Source: an uncultured Solirubrobacterales bacterium (lineage in GTDB: Bacteria > Actinomycetota > Thermoleophilia > Solirubrobacterales > Solirubrobacteraceae). Taken from it: a stretch of DNA of 64,000 nt. Both the position numbers and the translations under genes were made by a program. The notes beneath the pieces are model-generated. The model was given only the letters and a program-made list of their open reading frames with translations, searched no databases and had not been told where the DNA came from. This document shows positions 9,025 to 18,525 of this stretch, one piece after another. Each line of letters starts with the position of its first letter. Positions within the stretch are counted from its first letter, which is position 1. The stretch lies in the NCBI GenBank assembly GCA_963788565.1, contig CAWBHJ010000014.1, forward strand, positions 40,374 to 104,373, in the 5' to 3' direction.

Positions 9025-10556
9025 CCGACGTAGCGCCGGCCGCCGACGGGAGCGTCACCGACCTCTCGGTCAAGGACGAGCAGCCGCCCTCGACCCAGCC
9101 GACGGCGCCGTACCTCGAAGCGATCACGGCGTACGGCTTCAGGGGCTCGACGCGGTTCCACATCCCCGGCCACAAGGGCGGCGAAGGCGCCGACCCCGGG
9201 CTTCGGACAGCATTCGGCGACCGGGCGCTGCTGCTCGACGTGCCGCTCGACATCGAGGGGATCGACATCGGGCCGTCGCCGACGCCGTACGAGCGCGCCG
9301 AGCAGCTTGCGGCTGAGGCCTACGGCGCTGAGCGGACCTGGTTCTTGACGAACGGCGCGACGCAGGGCAACCACGCCCTGTGCCTCGCGCTTGCTCCGGC
9401 CGGGACGCGGGTGGTGCTGCAGCGCAATTCCCACGCGAGCATGGTCGACGGCCTGATCCTCTCGGGCGGCGTTCCGAGCTGGGTCGCGCCCGAGTACGAC
9501 ACCGAGCTCGGGATGGCGCACGGTGTGACGCCGGAGGCGCTCCAGCATGCGCTCGCCCGGAACCCCGACGCCCACGCGGCGTTCGTCGTGTCACCCACGT
9601 ACTACGGACTCGCCGCGGACATCGCCGGGTGCGCGGAGGTGGCACACGAGGCCGGCGCCGCGCTGATCGTCGACAACGCCTGGGGCGCCCACTTCGGGTT
9701 CCACCCGCGGCTTCCGGCCTCGCCTCTGGCGCTCGGGGCCGACGCGATGCTCGCCTCGACCCACAAGATCGTCGGCAGCCTCACGCAGTCGGCGATGCTG
9801 ATGGTCGCACCGACCGACCGCGTCGACATCGACGCTGTCGCGCGCGCCGTGCGGATCGTTCGCTCGACCAGCCCCAGCGCGCTGCTGATGGCCTCGCTCG
9901 ACGCGGCCCGCCGCCAGCTCGCGGTGCACGGAGAGGCGCTGCTCGACCGGACGATCCGCGCCTCGAACGACGCGCGCGTGGCGATCGACGCGGTCCCGGG
10001 CTGCTCGGTGGTCGGGGAGGGACTCGTCGGCCGTCCGGGGATCGCGGGCTGGGACCCGCTGCGGATCGTGATCGACGTACGCGGCACCGGCTGCACCGGG
10101 TACGAGGTCGCAGCAGCCCTCCGCGCCTCGTTCGACACCCACGTCGAGCTCGCCACGCACGCGACACTCGTGCTGGTGCTCGGCCTCGGCCAGACCGTGG
10201 ATCCGCTGGAGCGGCTGTCGCACGACTTCGCCGAAACCGTCCGCGCGATCTCGAGGCCGGGCCGCACGGCGATGGTCGCGCGGCCGCCGGTGACGCTCGA
10301 GCACGAGACCGCGATCCCGCCCCGCGAGGCGTTCCTGGGAGAGGGGGAGTCCGTGCCCGTCGACGAGGCGATCGGGAGGATCTCGGCGGAGAGCATCGCC
10401 GGCTACCCGCCGGGCGTGCCCACCCTGCTGCCGGGTGAGCGGATCACGCCCGAGGTCGTCGCCTACCTGCGCGAGCTCACCGCCGCCGGCGCGAGGCTGC
10501 ACGGCGCGGCCGACCCGACGTTCAACACGGTCCGCGTGATGGTGGAGGGCGCGTGA
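9021..10556 (+). CDS. PLP-dependent Orn/Lys/Arg decarboxylase family protein (fold type I)
   Basis: FHIPGHKGG, LTNGATQGNHA and the PLP-lysine context STHKIVGSLTQSAML are present. The GTG at 9021 overlaps the prfB stop (GTGA). Confidence 0.8.
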   Translation: MTDVAPAADGSVTDLSVKDEQPPSTQPTAPYLEAITAYGFRGSTRFHIPGHKGGEGADPGLRTAFGDRALLLDVPLDIEGIDIGPSPTPYERAEQLAAEAYGAERTWFLTNGATQGNHALCLALAPAGTRVVLQRNSHASMVDGLILSGGVPSWVAPEYDTELGMAHGVTPEALQHALARNPDAHAAFVVSPTYYGLAADIAGCAEVAHEAGAALIVDNAWGAHFGFHPRLPASPLALGADAMLASTHKIVGSLTQSAMLMVAPTDRVDIDAVARAVRIVRSTSPSALLMASLDAARRQLAVHGEALLDRTIRASNDARVAIDAVPGCSVVGEGLVGRPGIAGWDPLRIVIDVRGTGCTGYEVAAALRASFDTHVELATHATLVLVLGLGQTVDPLERLSHDFAETVRAISRPGRTAMVARPPVTLEHETAIPPREAFLGEGESVPVDEAIGRISAESIAGYPPGVPTLLPGERITPEVVAYLRELTAAGARLHGAADPTFNTVRVMVEGA

Positions 10557-11374
10557 TCGAGGAGATCGTTACTCGCGCGCTGGCGGAGGACGTTGGCGCG
10601 GGCGACGTCACGACCGAGGCGACCGTCCCGGCCGACGCCCGTGCCCGCGGGCTGATCACACAGAAGGCGCCGGGCGTGATGTACGGGATCGAGCTCGTCC
10701 AGGAGACGTTCCGCCAGCTCGACCCCGGCGTCGGGTTCGAGCTGATCGTGCACGAGGGGCGGTGGCGCGACGGCGGCGCGGCGCTCGAGATCGAGGGCGT
10801 GGCCCGCGCGATCCTGACCGGCGAGCGCACCGCGCTCAACTTCCTCCAGCGGCTTTCGGGTGTCGCGACGATGGCGGCGCGGGCGGTCAGGGCGGTCGAG
10901 GAGACCGACGTGGTGATCCTCGACACGCGCAAGACGACGCCCGGGCTGCGCGAGCTTGAGAAGGCCGCCGTCGCCGCCGGTGGCGCCGCGAATTATCGCG
11001 CCGGCCTGTATGACGCGGTCCTGATCAAGGAGAACCACGCGGCGCTCGCCGGCGGCATCGCTGAGGCGGTTCGGCGCGCGCGCGCGCACGTGCCCGGTCT
11101 GCCGCTCGAAGTCGAGTGCCGCGACCTCGACGAGGTCGACCAGGCGCTCGCGGTCGGGGCACCGAGGATCCTGCTCGACAATATGAGCCTCGCCGAGCTG
11201 CGAGAGGCGGTCGAGCACGTGGCCGGCCGCGCCGAGCTCGAGGCGAGCGGCGGCGCCACGCTCGAGACGCTCGCCGAGATCGCCCGGACCGGCGTCGACT
11301 TCATCTCCGTCGGCGCGCTCACCCATAGCGCGCCGGCGCTCGATTTCAGCCTGATTCTCGAACCGGCGTCCTAG
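10553..11374 (+). CDS. nadC: Nicotinate-nucleotide pyrophosphorylase (carboxylating)
   Basis: ALAEDVGAGDVTT, LTGERTALNFLQRLSGVAT, LDTRKTTPGLR and LIKENH are present. Confidence 0.9.
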   Translation: MIEEIVTRALAEDVGAGDVTTEATVPADARARGLITQKAPGVMYGIELVQETFRQLDPGVGFELIVHEGRWRDGGAALEIEGVARAILTGERTALNFLQRLSGVATMAARAVRAVEETDVVILDTRKTTPGLRELEKAAVAAGGAANYRAGLYDAVLIKENHAALAGGIAEAVRRARAHVPGLPLEVECRDLDEVDQALAVGAPRILLDNMSLAELREAVEHVAGRAELEASGGATLETLAEIARTGVDFISVGALTHSAPALDFSLILEPAS

Positions 11375-11385
11375 ACTCGTAGGGT

Positions 11386-12387
11386 ATGAACCTGCCGATG
11401 CTCGGCGCCACCGATGCGCCGCTGATGTTGGAGAACATCCCGGCCCTGCAGGACGAGGTGAGGGCGCTGGCCCGGGAGCGGGACGCCGTGATCCTCGCCC
11501 ACAACTACCAGTTGCCGGAGATCCAGCAGGTGGCCGACTACGTCGGCGACTCGCTCGGACTCTCACAGGTCGCCGCCGGTGCGGACGGGGGCACGATCGT
11601 GTTCTGCGGCGTCCACTTCATGGCGGAGACCGCATCGATCCTGTGCCCGGAGAAGCGAGTGCTGATCCCGGACCTCGAGGCCGGCTGCTCGCTCGCCGAC
11701 TCGATCACCGCCGACCAGCTGCGCGAGTGGAAGGCCCGTCACCCCGGCGCGATCGTCGTGATGTACGTCAACACGACCGCCGAGGTCAAGGCCGAGACCG
11801 ATTACTGCTGCACGTCGTCGAACGCGGTCAAGGTCGTCGAGCACATCTTCCGCGAGCACGGCGAGGACGCCGAGATCCTGTTCGGCCCCGACATGTTCCT
11901 CGGCGCATACGTTGAGAAGATGCTCGGTCGCTCGATGCACGTGTGGGACGGCGAGTGCCATGTGCACGCCGGAATCAGACCCGACGACATCTCGGCGGTC
12001 CGCGCTGCGCACCCGGGTGCCGACTTCCTGATCCACCCCGAGTGCGGGTGCTCGACGAGCGTGATGGAGTACGTCGCCGCCGGTGATGTCGACGCCGAGG
12101 GCGTGCACATGCTCTCGACCGGCGGGATGCTCAAGTACGCGCAGGAGCATCACGGCGGCACGGCGATCGTCGCGACCGAGACCGGCATGCTCCACCCGCT
12201 CCGCGCGGCCGCGCCCGACACCCAATTCATCGCGGCCAATGAGGCCGCCCACTGCCGGTTCATGAAGATGATCACGCTGCCGAAGCTCCGCGACTCGCTG
12301 CGCGACGGCGTACACGAGGTGAAGGTCTCGCCCGAGACCGCCGATCGCGCCCGCCTGCCGATCGAGCGGATGGTGGGGATCAGCTAA
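11386..12387 (+). CDS. nadA: Quinolinate synthase
   Basis: [31 protein letters not shown], conserved Cys residues and HPEC are present. It lies directly downstream of nadC. Confidence 0.92.
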   Translation: MNLPMLGATDAPLMLENIPALQDEVRALARERDAVILAHNYQLPEIQQVADYVGDSLGLSQVAAGADGGTIVFCGVHFMAETASILCPEKRVLIPDLEAGCSLADSITADQLREWKARHPGAIVVMYVNTTAEVKAETDYCCTSSNAVKVVEHIFREHGEDAEILFGPDMFLGAYVEKMLGRSMHVWDGECHVHAGIRPDDISAVRAAHPGADFLIHPECGCSTSVMEYVAAGDVDAEGVHMLSTGGMLKYAQEHHGGTAIVATETGMLHPLRAAAPDTQFIAANEAAHCRFMKMITLPKLRDSLRDGVHEVKVSPETADRARLPIERMVGIS

Positions 12388-12776
12388 ACCGCGAGCAGGT
12401 CGACCCCGGCGTTCGCCGTCGTGCGCACGGCGGGAAGCGACACCAGCTTGCGCTCGAACTCGGCGGGGGTGTAGCAGTGGACGTCGGCGGGGGCGCCCAT
12501 CTCGAGGGCATCCCACAGCGCGCCGGCCTGGTACACGCGCTCGAGCCACGGCATCCCGTCGTACGCGCTCGAGACGAGCACGAGGATGTATTCGGGTCCC
12601 CGTTCACGCTGGGGCGGGGCCCCGTGGAGATCGGCGATGCGCGCGCCGCCCAGCATCGCGGCCTCAATCGGCCAGCGGTCCCCGATCCGGTCGAGGTAGC
12701 GACGTAGCTCGGTGCGGTTGAGCTCGGTGGCAGCCTCCAACGGTGCGATTGTGCACCGGCGGCAGCAGCAGCGCAA
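12384..12776 (-). CDS. Hypothetical protein, weakly nucleotidyltransferase-fold-like; start uncertain
   Basis: GC3-rich ORF. The pattern LGGARIA...YILVLVS...YTPAEFE loosely recalls minimal NTases, but the catalytic DxD is not evident. The track start is a TTG. Confidence 0.4.
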   Translation of the reverse strand: MRCCCRRCTIAPLEAATELNRTELRRYLDRIGDRWPIEAAMLGGARIADLHGAPPQRERGPEYILVLVSSAYDGMPWLERVYQAGALWDALEMGAPADVHCYTPAEFERKLVSLPAVRTTANAGVDLLAV

Positions 12777-12795
12777 GCGCCAGCTGCGCCACTGG

Positions 12796-14154
12796 TCAGT
12801 ACCGCGCGATCGGGCCGACCATCCGGGTCAGCAGCTGGATCGAGCTCTCGTTGCTCGGTCCGTCGAGGAAGATCGCGAATGCAAGCGTGTGACCCCCGTG
12901 GGCCTGGCAGTAGCCAGCCAGGTTGGTGACGTAGTCGAGCGTCCCGGTCTTGCCGACGCAGTGCCCCTGCGCGGCCGTCTTGACCCCGATCCGCCGCGTC
13001 GTTCCGTTGACCCCGAGGACGGGAAGCGAGTCGCGCAGCGTCTTTCCCGTCGGCGTCGAGTAGACGGAGCGGAGCAGGTCGACGACCTCGAGTGGACTTG
13101 ACAAATCAGATCGCGACAGGCCGGACCCGTCGACGATGTTCGGGTGCACGCCGAACTCTGCCGCCGCGCTGGCGACCACCTCGGCGCCCTCCTTCGTCGT
13201 TCCGCCGGTGCCGTAGTGCGCGCCGAGCAGCTTCGTGAGCATCTCGGCGAAGAAGTCATCAGATGGGACGTCCATCAGCTTCAGCACGACCGACATCGGA
13301 GGCGACGTGACCGTCGCGAGCGTGTGCGCCCCGGGCGGCGTGTTCGCGGTGAACGGCGCCGCCTTCGCCTTGAGGTGGGCGCCCCCCATCGTCAGCACCA
13401 GCTCCTTCGCGGCGAATGCGCTTGGGCTGAGCTTTCCGATCGTCGCGCCGTGGTCGTAGGTCAACGCCGACAGTTCGCCGCCCATGTCGTTGATGTCGGG
13501 CGCGCCGTGGCTGTTGGGTCCGCCGCGCATGTCGTCGAACAGCGACGGATCGGCGATCACCCAGCCGGTCACGCTCGAAACCCCCTGCGTCTGCAGTTGG
13601 TGGACGAGATCAGAGCCCGTGGGCCCCTGCCCCTCCTCCCACACGCGGTTGAACGCCCCGTCGCCGAGCGTCGGATCGCCGCCGCCGTGCAGGTACAGGT
13701 TCCCGTGCCAGACGCCGCCGGCGAGGTGCCCGGTGCCGAGCAGCGTCGTGTGGATCCTGGCCGACGGGCCGATATCCGTCAGCACCGCAACGGTCGTGTA
13801 CAGCTTCTCCACGGATGCGGGCGGGCGCTTGACGTCCTGCTTGTACGCGAACAGCAGCTTGTGGGCGGTGATGTCGTAGACCACGGCGCCCGTGTTCGGC
13901 CCCGCCGTGCGGAGCGGCGTGGTCAGGCTCCGATCGAGCGCGAGCTGACCGGGTCCCGGTGGCGGCACGTGCGGCGCCGGCCGCGCGGTGGTGGTCGACG
14001 TCGTGGGAGCGGGAGCGGCTGCCGAAGACGCGTGCCGCGCGGGGACGTGTGCGGTCGCGCCGCACCCCCCGATCACGATTCCAACCAACCCCCCTACTGC
14101 GATGCCCCGGCTCAGGCCGATTCGAACTCCTCCGCGGTCTGGGGGCCAACACAT
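12796..14154 (-). CDS. dacB: D-alanyl-D-alanine carboxypeptidase/endopeptidase (PBP4, peptidase S13)
   Basis: The SxxK motif is PPASVEKLYT and the KTG motif is VGKTGTLDYV. The N-terminus is hydrophobic and contains GGCG. Confidence 0.85.
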   Translation of the reverse strand: MCWPPDRGGVRIGLSRGIAVGGLVGIVIGGCGATAHVPARHASSAAAPAPTTSTTTARPAPHVPPPGPGQLALDRSLTTPLRTAGPNTGAVVYDITAHKLLFAYKQDVKRPPASVEKLYTTVAVLTDIGPSARIHTTLLGTGHLAGGVWHGNLYLHGGGDPTLGDGAFNRVWEEGQGPTGSDLVHQLQTQGVSSVTGWVIADPSLFDDMRGGPNSHGAPDINDMGGELSALTYDHGATIGKLSPSAFAAKELVLTMGGAHLKAKAAPFTANTPPGAHTLATVTSPPMSVVLKLMDVPSDDFFAEMLTKLLGAHYGTGGTTKEGAEVVASAAAEFGVHPNIVDGSGLSRSDLSSPLEVVDLLRSVYSTPTGKTLRDSLPVLGVNGTTRRIGVKTAAQGHCVGKTGTLDYVTNLAGYCQAHGGHTLAFAIFLDGPSNESSIQLLTRMVGPIARY

Positions 14155-15371
14155 GCGACCGACAGCTCCTCGGGGACGGCGGCGGCCACTTCGACCACCC
14201 GCTCGAATGGGACCTCGTCGATCAACGTGATCGCCCGGTCGGGATCGACGTCCTCGCCGTACACGACCGCTTGCTGAGCCGCGTAACGGGCGACGGCGCC
14301 GCTGTTCTCGAACGCGATCGCCCTGGCGCCGGCCGCGTACGCGCGGGCGCGCTCGACCTCCTGGGCCGTCGGGCCCTGATCGCGCAGCTCGGTGACGATC
14401 TCCTTCATCCGCGCGTACGCCTCGATCGCCTTCGTGGAGTCGAGCCCGGCGGACAGCTGGAGGATCGGCACATCCGCATAAGCATGGGCGGTGGAGTGGA
14501 CGGAGTAGGCGAGACCGCGCTGCTCGCGGATCTCGTCGAACAGCCGCGACGCCATCGATCCACCGAGCAGCGTCGAGTAGATCTGGAGCGCGGCGCGGTC
14601 GCGGACGTCGGAAATCCGGACCTGGGGCCGGTAGGACATCCGCAGGTGCGACTGGTTGGAGTCGCGCTCGCGCACGAGCACGCGCGGATCGGTCGACGGG
14701 GCGGCCTCGAACGGACCGGGCTCGGGGCGGGCCGGGAACCGCTCGAACAACTCCTCGAGCGCGCCGTCCCCGTTGAGTGAATTGAGGTTGCCGACGACGA
14801 GCGCCGCGCCGGCGGCCGGCGACCAGCGCCGGTCGCGGAACGACACGATCCCGTCGCGAGTGAACAGGTCGCGGATGTGCTCCTCGGACCCGAGCACCGG
14901 GCGGCCGAGCGGGTGGTTGCCGAACACCGCCTCGTCGATCAGGTGCTCGGCCATCACCGCCGGTTGATCGTTCGCGCGCGCGATCTCCTGGACGACCACG
15001 CCGCGCTCACGCTCGAGCTCGTCGGCGTCGATCCGCGGGCGCGCGACGAAGTCCGTCAGCAGGTCAGCCGCCTCCATCGCGCGCTCGGCACGGGAGGTGA
15101 TGTGGAACGCGACCAGGTCGTGGCTCGTGTACGCGTTCAGCACCGCGCCGATCGACTCGGCGGCCTGGTTGACGTCGCGGTAGGTCGCGTACTTCTCGCC
15201 ACCCTTGAACACCAGATGCTCGAGGAAGTGGGCCATCCCGTTCTCCTCGGGCCGCTCGCTGCGCGCGCCGGCGTCGAACGCGACCAGGATCGTCACAGAA
15301 CGCGTGCCCGGAACCGCGATCCTGAAGAGTGGCATGCCGTTCGGGAGGGCGGTTTCAGTAATCGAACCCAC
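14112..15371 (-). CDS. M16 family (pitrilysin-like) zinc peptidase
   Basis: The inverted zinc motif HFLEHLVFKGG (HxxEH) is present. The GTG at 15371 (VGSITETALPNGMPLF) is a plausible start; the ATG at 15335 is an alternative. Confidence 0.85.
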   Translation of the reverse strand: MGSITETALPNGMPLFRIAVPGTRSVTILVAFDAGARSERPEENGMAHFLEHLVFKGGEKYATYRDVNQAAESIGAVLNAYTSHDLVAFHITSRAERAMEAADLLTDFVARPRIDADELERERGVVVQEIARANDQPAVMAEHLIDEAVFGNHPLGRPVLGSEEHIRDLFTRDGIVSFRDRRWSPAAGAALVVGNLNSLNGDGALEELFERFPARPEPGPFEAAPSTDPRVLVRERDSNQSHLRMSYRPQVRISDVRDRAALQIYSTLLGGSMASRLFDEIREQRGLAYSVHSTAHAYADVPILQLSAGLDSTKAIEAYARMKEIVTELRDQGPTAQEVERARAYAAGARAIAFENSGAVARYAAQQAVVYGEDVDPDRAITLIDEVPFERVVEVAAAVPEELSVACVGPQTAEEFESA

Positions 15372-15609
15372 GACAGGGAACGGTAGCGCTCCGTCCCGCC
15401 GCGTCCGGCGGGCGTTTCTGCAAATCCCGTTGCAGAGGGCGTTTTCGGGCGCGCTGGGCAAAGTCGCTCGCTACTGTGCGCGACCGATGGCTACCTCCTC
15501 ATCCAGGCACTCCAGGCGCTCGCGAGTTGCCCCGGCGCGCGAGCCGGGGCCCGTCGCTGGCCCGCGTGCACACACGCAGGAAACCGGGGCGGCGCCTGCG
15601 GGCCCGCCG

Positions 15610-16389
15610 ATGATCGAGTTCCGCGGCGTCTCGAAGCGGTACTCCCGCGACATCGGTCTTGATCAGGCGACGTTCGCAATCGATCCGGGCGACTTCGTGT
15701 TCCTGGTCGGATCGACCGGCTCGGGCAAGTCGACAGTGATGAAACTCCTGATCAAGGAGATCGACCCGACGGAGGGGACGATCCGCGTCGCGGCGCACGA
15801 CCTCAGCGAGGTGACCCACAAGAAGGTCCCGTTCTACCGGCGCAACATCGGCGTCGTGTTCCAGGACTTCAAGCTGCTTCAGAACCGCACCGTGTATGAG
15901 AACGTCGCGTACGCGCTCCAGGTCACGGGCTCCAAGCGCAAAGAGATCCGGGCAAAGGTCCCGGACATCCTCAGGTTGACGGGGCTCTCGACAAAGCTCC
16001 ACAACTATCCCGACCAGCTCTCCGGCGGCGAACAGCAGCGCGTTTCCATCGCGCGGGCGTTCGTCAACCACCCGCCGCTGCTGCTCGCGGACGAGCCGAC
16101 CGGAAACCTCGATCCGGAGACCAGCATCGACATCATGCGGCTGCTGTACCGGATCAACCGCACCGGCACGACCGTGCTCGTGGCGACGCACGACCAGGCG
16201 ATGGTCGACAAGATGCGCCGTCGCGTGCTCGAGCTGTCGCGCGGCCGGATCGTGCGTGACGAGGCCACCGGCCTGTACGCGCGCGACGAGACGACGCGCG
16301 AGTTCGCGCAGCGGCTGCGCCAGCCGCCGACCCGTCCGCCCGGCCTCGACGTGCTCGACGCCGACCCGGCTCACGACCGGGAGCGCTGA
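15610..16389 (+). CDS. ftsE: Cell division ATP-binding protein FtsE, with a ~30-aa C-terminal extension
   Basis: The ATG at 15610 gives [11 protein letters not shown]. Walker A is GSTGSGKST, the signature is LSGGEQQR, and Walker B is LLLADEPT. The upstream part of ORF 15205.. is Arg-rich junk. Confidence 0.92.
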   Translation: MIEFRGVSKRYSRDIGLDQATFAIDPGDFVFLVGSTGSGKSTVMKLLIKEIDPTEGTIRVAAHDLSEVTHKKVPFYRRNIGVVFQDFKLLQNRTVYENVAYALQVTGSKRKEIRAKVPDILRLTGLSTKLHNYPDQLSGGEQQRVSIARAFVNHPPLLLADEPTGNLDPETSIDIMRLLYRINRTGTTVLVATHDQAMVDKMRRRVLELSRGRIVRDEATGLYARDETTREFAQRLRQPPTRPPGLDVLDADPAHDRER

Positions 16390-16391
16390 GC

Positions 16392-17270
16392 GTGCGGATC
16401 ACGTTCTTCCTGCGCGAGGCGACTCGGGCGATGCGTCGCAACGCCGCGCCGACGTTCGCCGCGCTCGCGACGGTGCTGGTGACGACGCTCGTCGTCGGCG
16501 TGTTCATCCCCGCGGTGCAGGTCACGAACAACGCCGCGAACACCGTCCGCGGACGCCTGATCGTCGACGTCTACATGAAGACCTCGGCGAACTCGACCCA
16601 GGAGGCCCGCGTGCGCAGAGAGCTGGTCGCGACCGCGCACGTGAAGTCGGTCGCGTTCGAGTCCAAGGCCCAGGCATACGCGCAGCAGTCCAAGCAGAAT
16701 CCCGCCGCCTACCAGCTGCTCGGGACCAACCCGCTGCCGGACACCTACCACGTGATCCCCGACAACCCGGCCAACGTGCTCGCGATCCGCTCCGCGCTGA
16801 CCCCGGGCGGCCACCCGATCGACTCCTCGATTCAGTCGGTGTCGAACAAGAAGGGCTACACGAAGCGTGCCCTCGAGCTGACTTCGGCCGTCAAGTGGGG
16901 CGGCCTCGCGTTCGCGGCGCTGCTGACGATCGCCTCGGTGCTGCTGATCGCGAACACGATCCGGCTGTCGCTTTACGCCCGGCGCAGAGAGGTCGAGGTC
17001 ATGAAGCTGGTGGGCGCGACGGACTGGTTCATCCGCTGGCCGTTCGTGATCGAGGGCGTGATCGTCGGGCTCGCCGGCGGCGTGCTCGCGATCGTTGTGC
17101 TCGGCGTCGCGAAGGTCGCGCTGCTCAATCCGTTGTTCTCCGGCTGGTCGCTCGTCTCCCAGATCCGGGTGATCCCGTTCCCGGCGCTGATCGCAGTGAT
17201 GCTCGCCGCGAGCGTCGCCGTCTCGGCGTTCGGCTCGGGGCTGTCGCTGCGCCGGTTCCTCAGAGTCTGA
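16392..17270 (+). CDS. ftsX: Cell division permease-like protein FtsX
   Basis: It lies 2 nt after ftsE. The N-terminus is FLREATRAMRRN, followed by a TM segment, an extracellular loop domain and three C-terminal TM segments. Confidence 0.9.
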   Translation: MRITFFLREATRAMRRNAAPTFAALATVLVTTLVVGVFIPAVQVTNNAANTVRGRLIVDVYMKTSANSTQEARVRRELVATAHVKSVAFESKAQAYAQQSKQNPAAYQLLGTNPLPDTYHVIPDNPANVLAIRSALTPGGHPIDSSIQSVSNKKGYTKRALELTSAVKWGGLAFAALLTIASVLLIANTIRLSLYARRREVEVMKLVGATDWFIRWPFVIEGVIVGLAGGVLAIVVLGVAKVALLNPLFSGWSLVSQIRVIPFPALIAVMLAASVAVSAFGSGLSLRRFLRV

Positions 17271-17322
17271 GCCGCGGCCCAGACGAGCGGGCCGACGAGT
17301 CCGCCCGGCTACTCTCAGGAGC

Positions 17323-18525
17323 ATGTTCTCGGGCCGCACAAGCGCCCAGCGTGTCCTCGCCTACGTAGCGGTCGGCCTCGTCATTCTGATCTTCGGAATC
17401 TGGCTCGGCGGCCATCCGAGCTGGCTGCCCGGGCCGATCAAGAACGCGTTCGTGGAGGACTCCGGCGGGAGCCTCGTCAACCAGGCGACGGACACGATCA
17501 CACACAACTACTACCGGACGCTGAACCGCGACCAGCTGCTCAACAAGGGGATCTCCGCGATGGTCGCGAGCCTCAACGATCCCTACTCGCATTACTACGA
17601 CCCGTCCGCGTACCGCTCGTTCCTCAATCAGGACAACCCGCACCTGAGTGGCGTCGGGATCGATGTCGTCCCCGACCCCGCCGGACTGCGGGTCGTCGAC
17701 GTCTTCCCGCGCTCCCCGGCCGCGCGCGCCGGCCTGCAGCACGGCGACGTGATCGTCAAGGTCGGCTCGACTGCGCTATCGAATCGTTCGGCCGACTTCG
17801 CCTCCCGCCTGATCCGCGGTCCGGCCGGGTCCCACGTCGTGCTGACTGTCGTCAGCGGCCACCAGACCCGCGTCGTCCCGCTGGTGCGCCAGAAGCTGGT
17901 CGTGCCGGTCGCGAGCGGGACGGTCGTCACCTACAAGGGAATCAAGATCGGCCTGCTCAGCCTGACCGCGTTCACCGACGGCTCTGGCGACGAGCTGCGC
18001 GACGACACCCGAAAGGTGCTGTCCGAGGGCGCGCAGGCGCTGGTCCTCGACCTGCGGGAGAACGGCGGCGGGCTGCTCAACGAGGCCGTCAACGTCGCGA
18101 GCATCTTCATTCCCGATGGGACGATCGTCTCGACCGACGGCCGCAGCCAGCCCCGGCAGGTGTACATGGCCAAGGGCGACGCGATCGCCCCTCGCATCCC
18201 GATGGTGGTGCTCGTCGATCGCGACACCGCCTCGGCCGCCGAGATCGTCACGGGCGCGCTCAAGGACCGCGGCCGCGCGACCGTCGTCGGCACGCACACC
18301 TACGGGAAGGGCGTCTTCCAGGAGATCCTGCCGCTCACCAACGGCGGCGCGCTCGACATCACCGTCGGGGAGTACTTCACGCCCAACGGCCAGAACCTGG
18401 GCGGCGGCGGAGTCCGCGAGGGGGGCGGGATCCAGCCGAACGTGTACGCGGTTGACAACCCCCACGCCCCCGGCGACCAAGCGCTCACCGTCGCGGAGCG
18501 CGCGGTCGCGGCAAAGACCCGGTGA
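17323..18525 (+). CDS. S41 family C-terminal processing peptidase with a PDZ domain
   Basis: It has an N-terminal TM anchor. The PDZ region is GVGIDV..GLRVVDVFPRSPAARAGLQHGDVIVKVG. The catalytic region is LDLRENGGG...DRDTASAAEI...GKG. Confidence 0.88.
   Translation: MFSGRTSAQRVLAYVAVGLVILIFGIWLGGHPSWLPGPIKNAFVEDSGGSLVNQATDTITHNYYRTLNRDQLLNKGISAMVASLNDPYSHYYDPSAYRSFLNQDNPHLSGVGIDVVPDPAGLRVVDVFPRSPAARAGLQHGDVIVKVGSTALSNRSADFASRLIRGPAGSHVVLTVVSGHQTRVVPLVRQKLVVPVASGTVVTYKGIKIGLLSLTAFTDGSGDELRDDTRKVLSEGAQALVLDLRENGGGLLNEAVNVASIFIPDGTIVSTDGRSQPRQVYMAKGDAIAPRIPMVVLVDRDTASAAEIVTGALKDRGRATVVGTHTYGKGVFQEILPLTNGGALDITVGEYFTPNGQNLGGGGVREGGGIQPNVYAVDNPHAPGDQALTVAERAVAAKTR

Noticed and set aside
12384-12776. 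MNT-type nucleotidyltransferase antitoxin of a HEPN-MNT pair
   Set aside because: There is no adjacent HEPN-like ORF, since the gene is flanked by nadA and dacB. The GSx(n)DxD catalytic pattern is not evident.
15205-15609. An N-terminal extension of ftsE (ORF begins at 15205)
   Set aside because: The upstream 135 codons are antisense to the M16 peptidase gene and Arg/Ser-rich. The ATG at 15610 gives the standard FtsE N-terminus [11 protein letters not shown].
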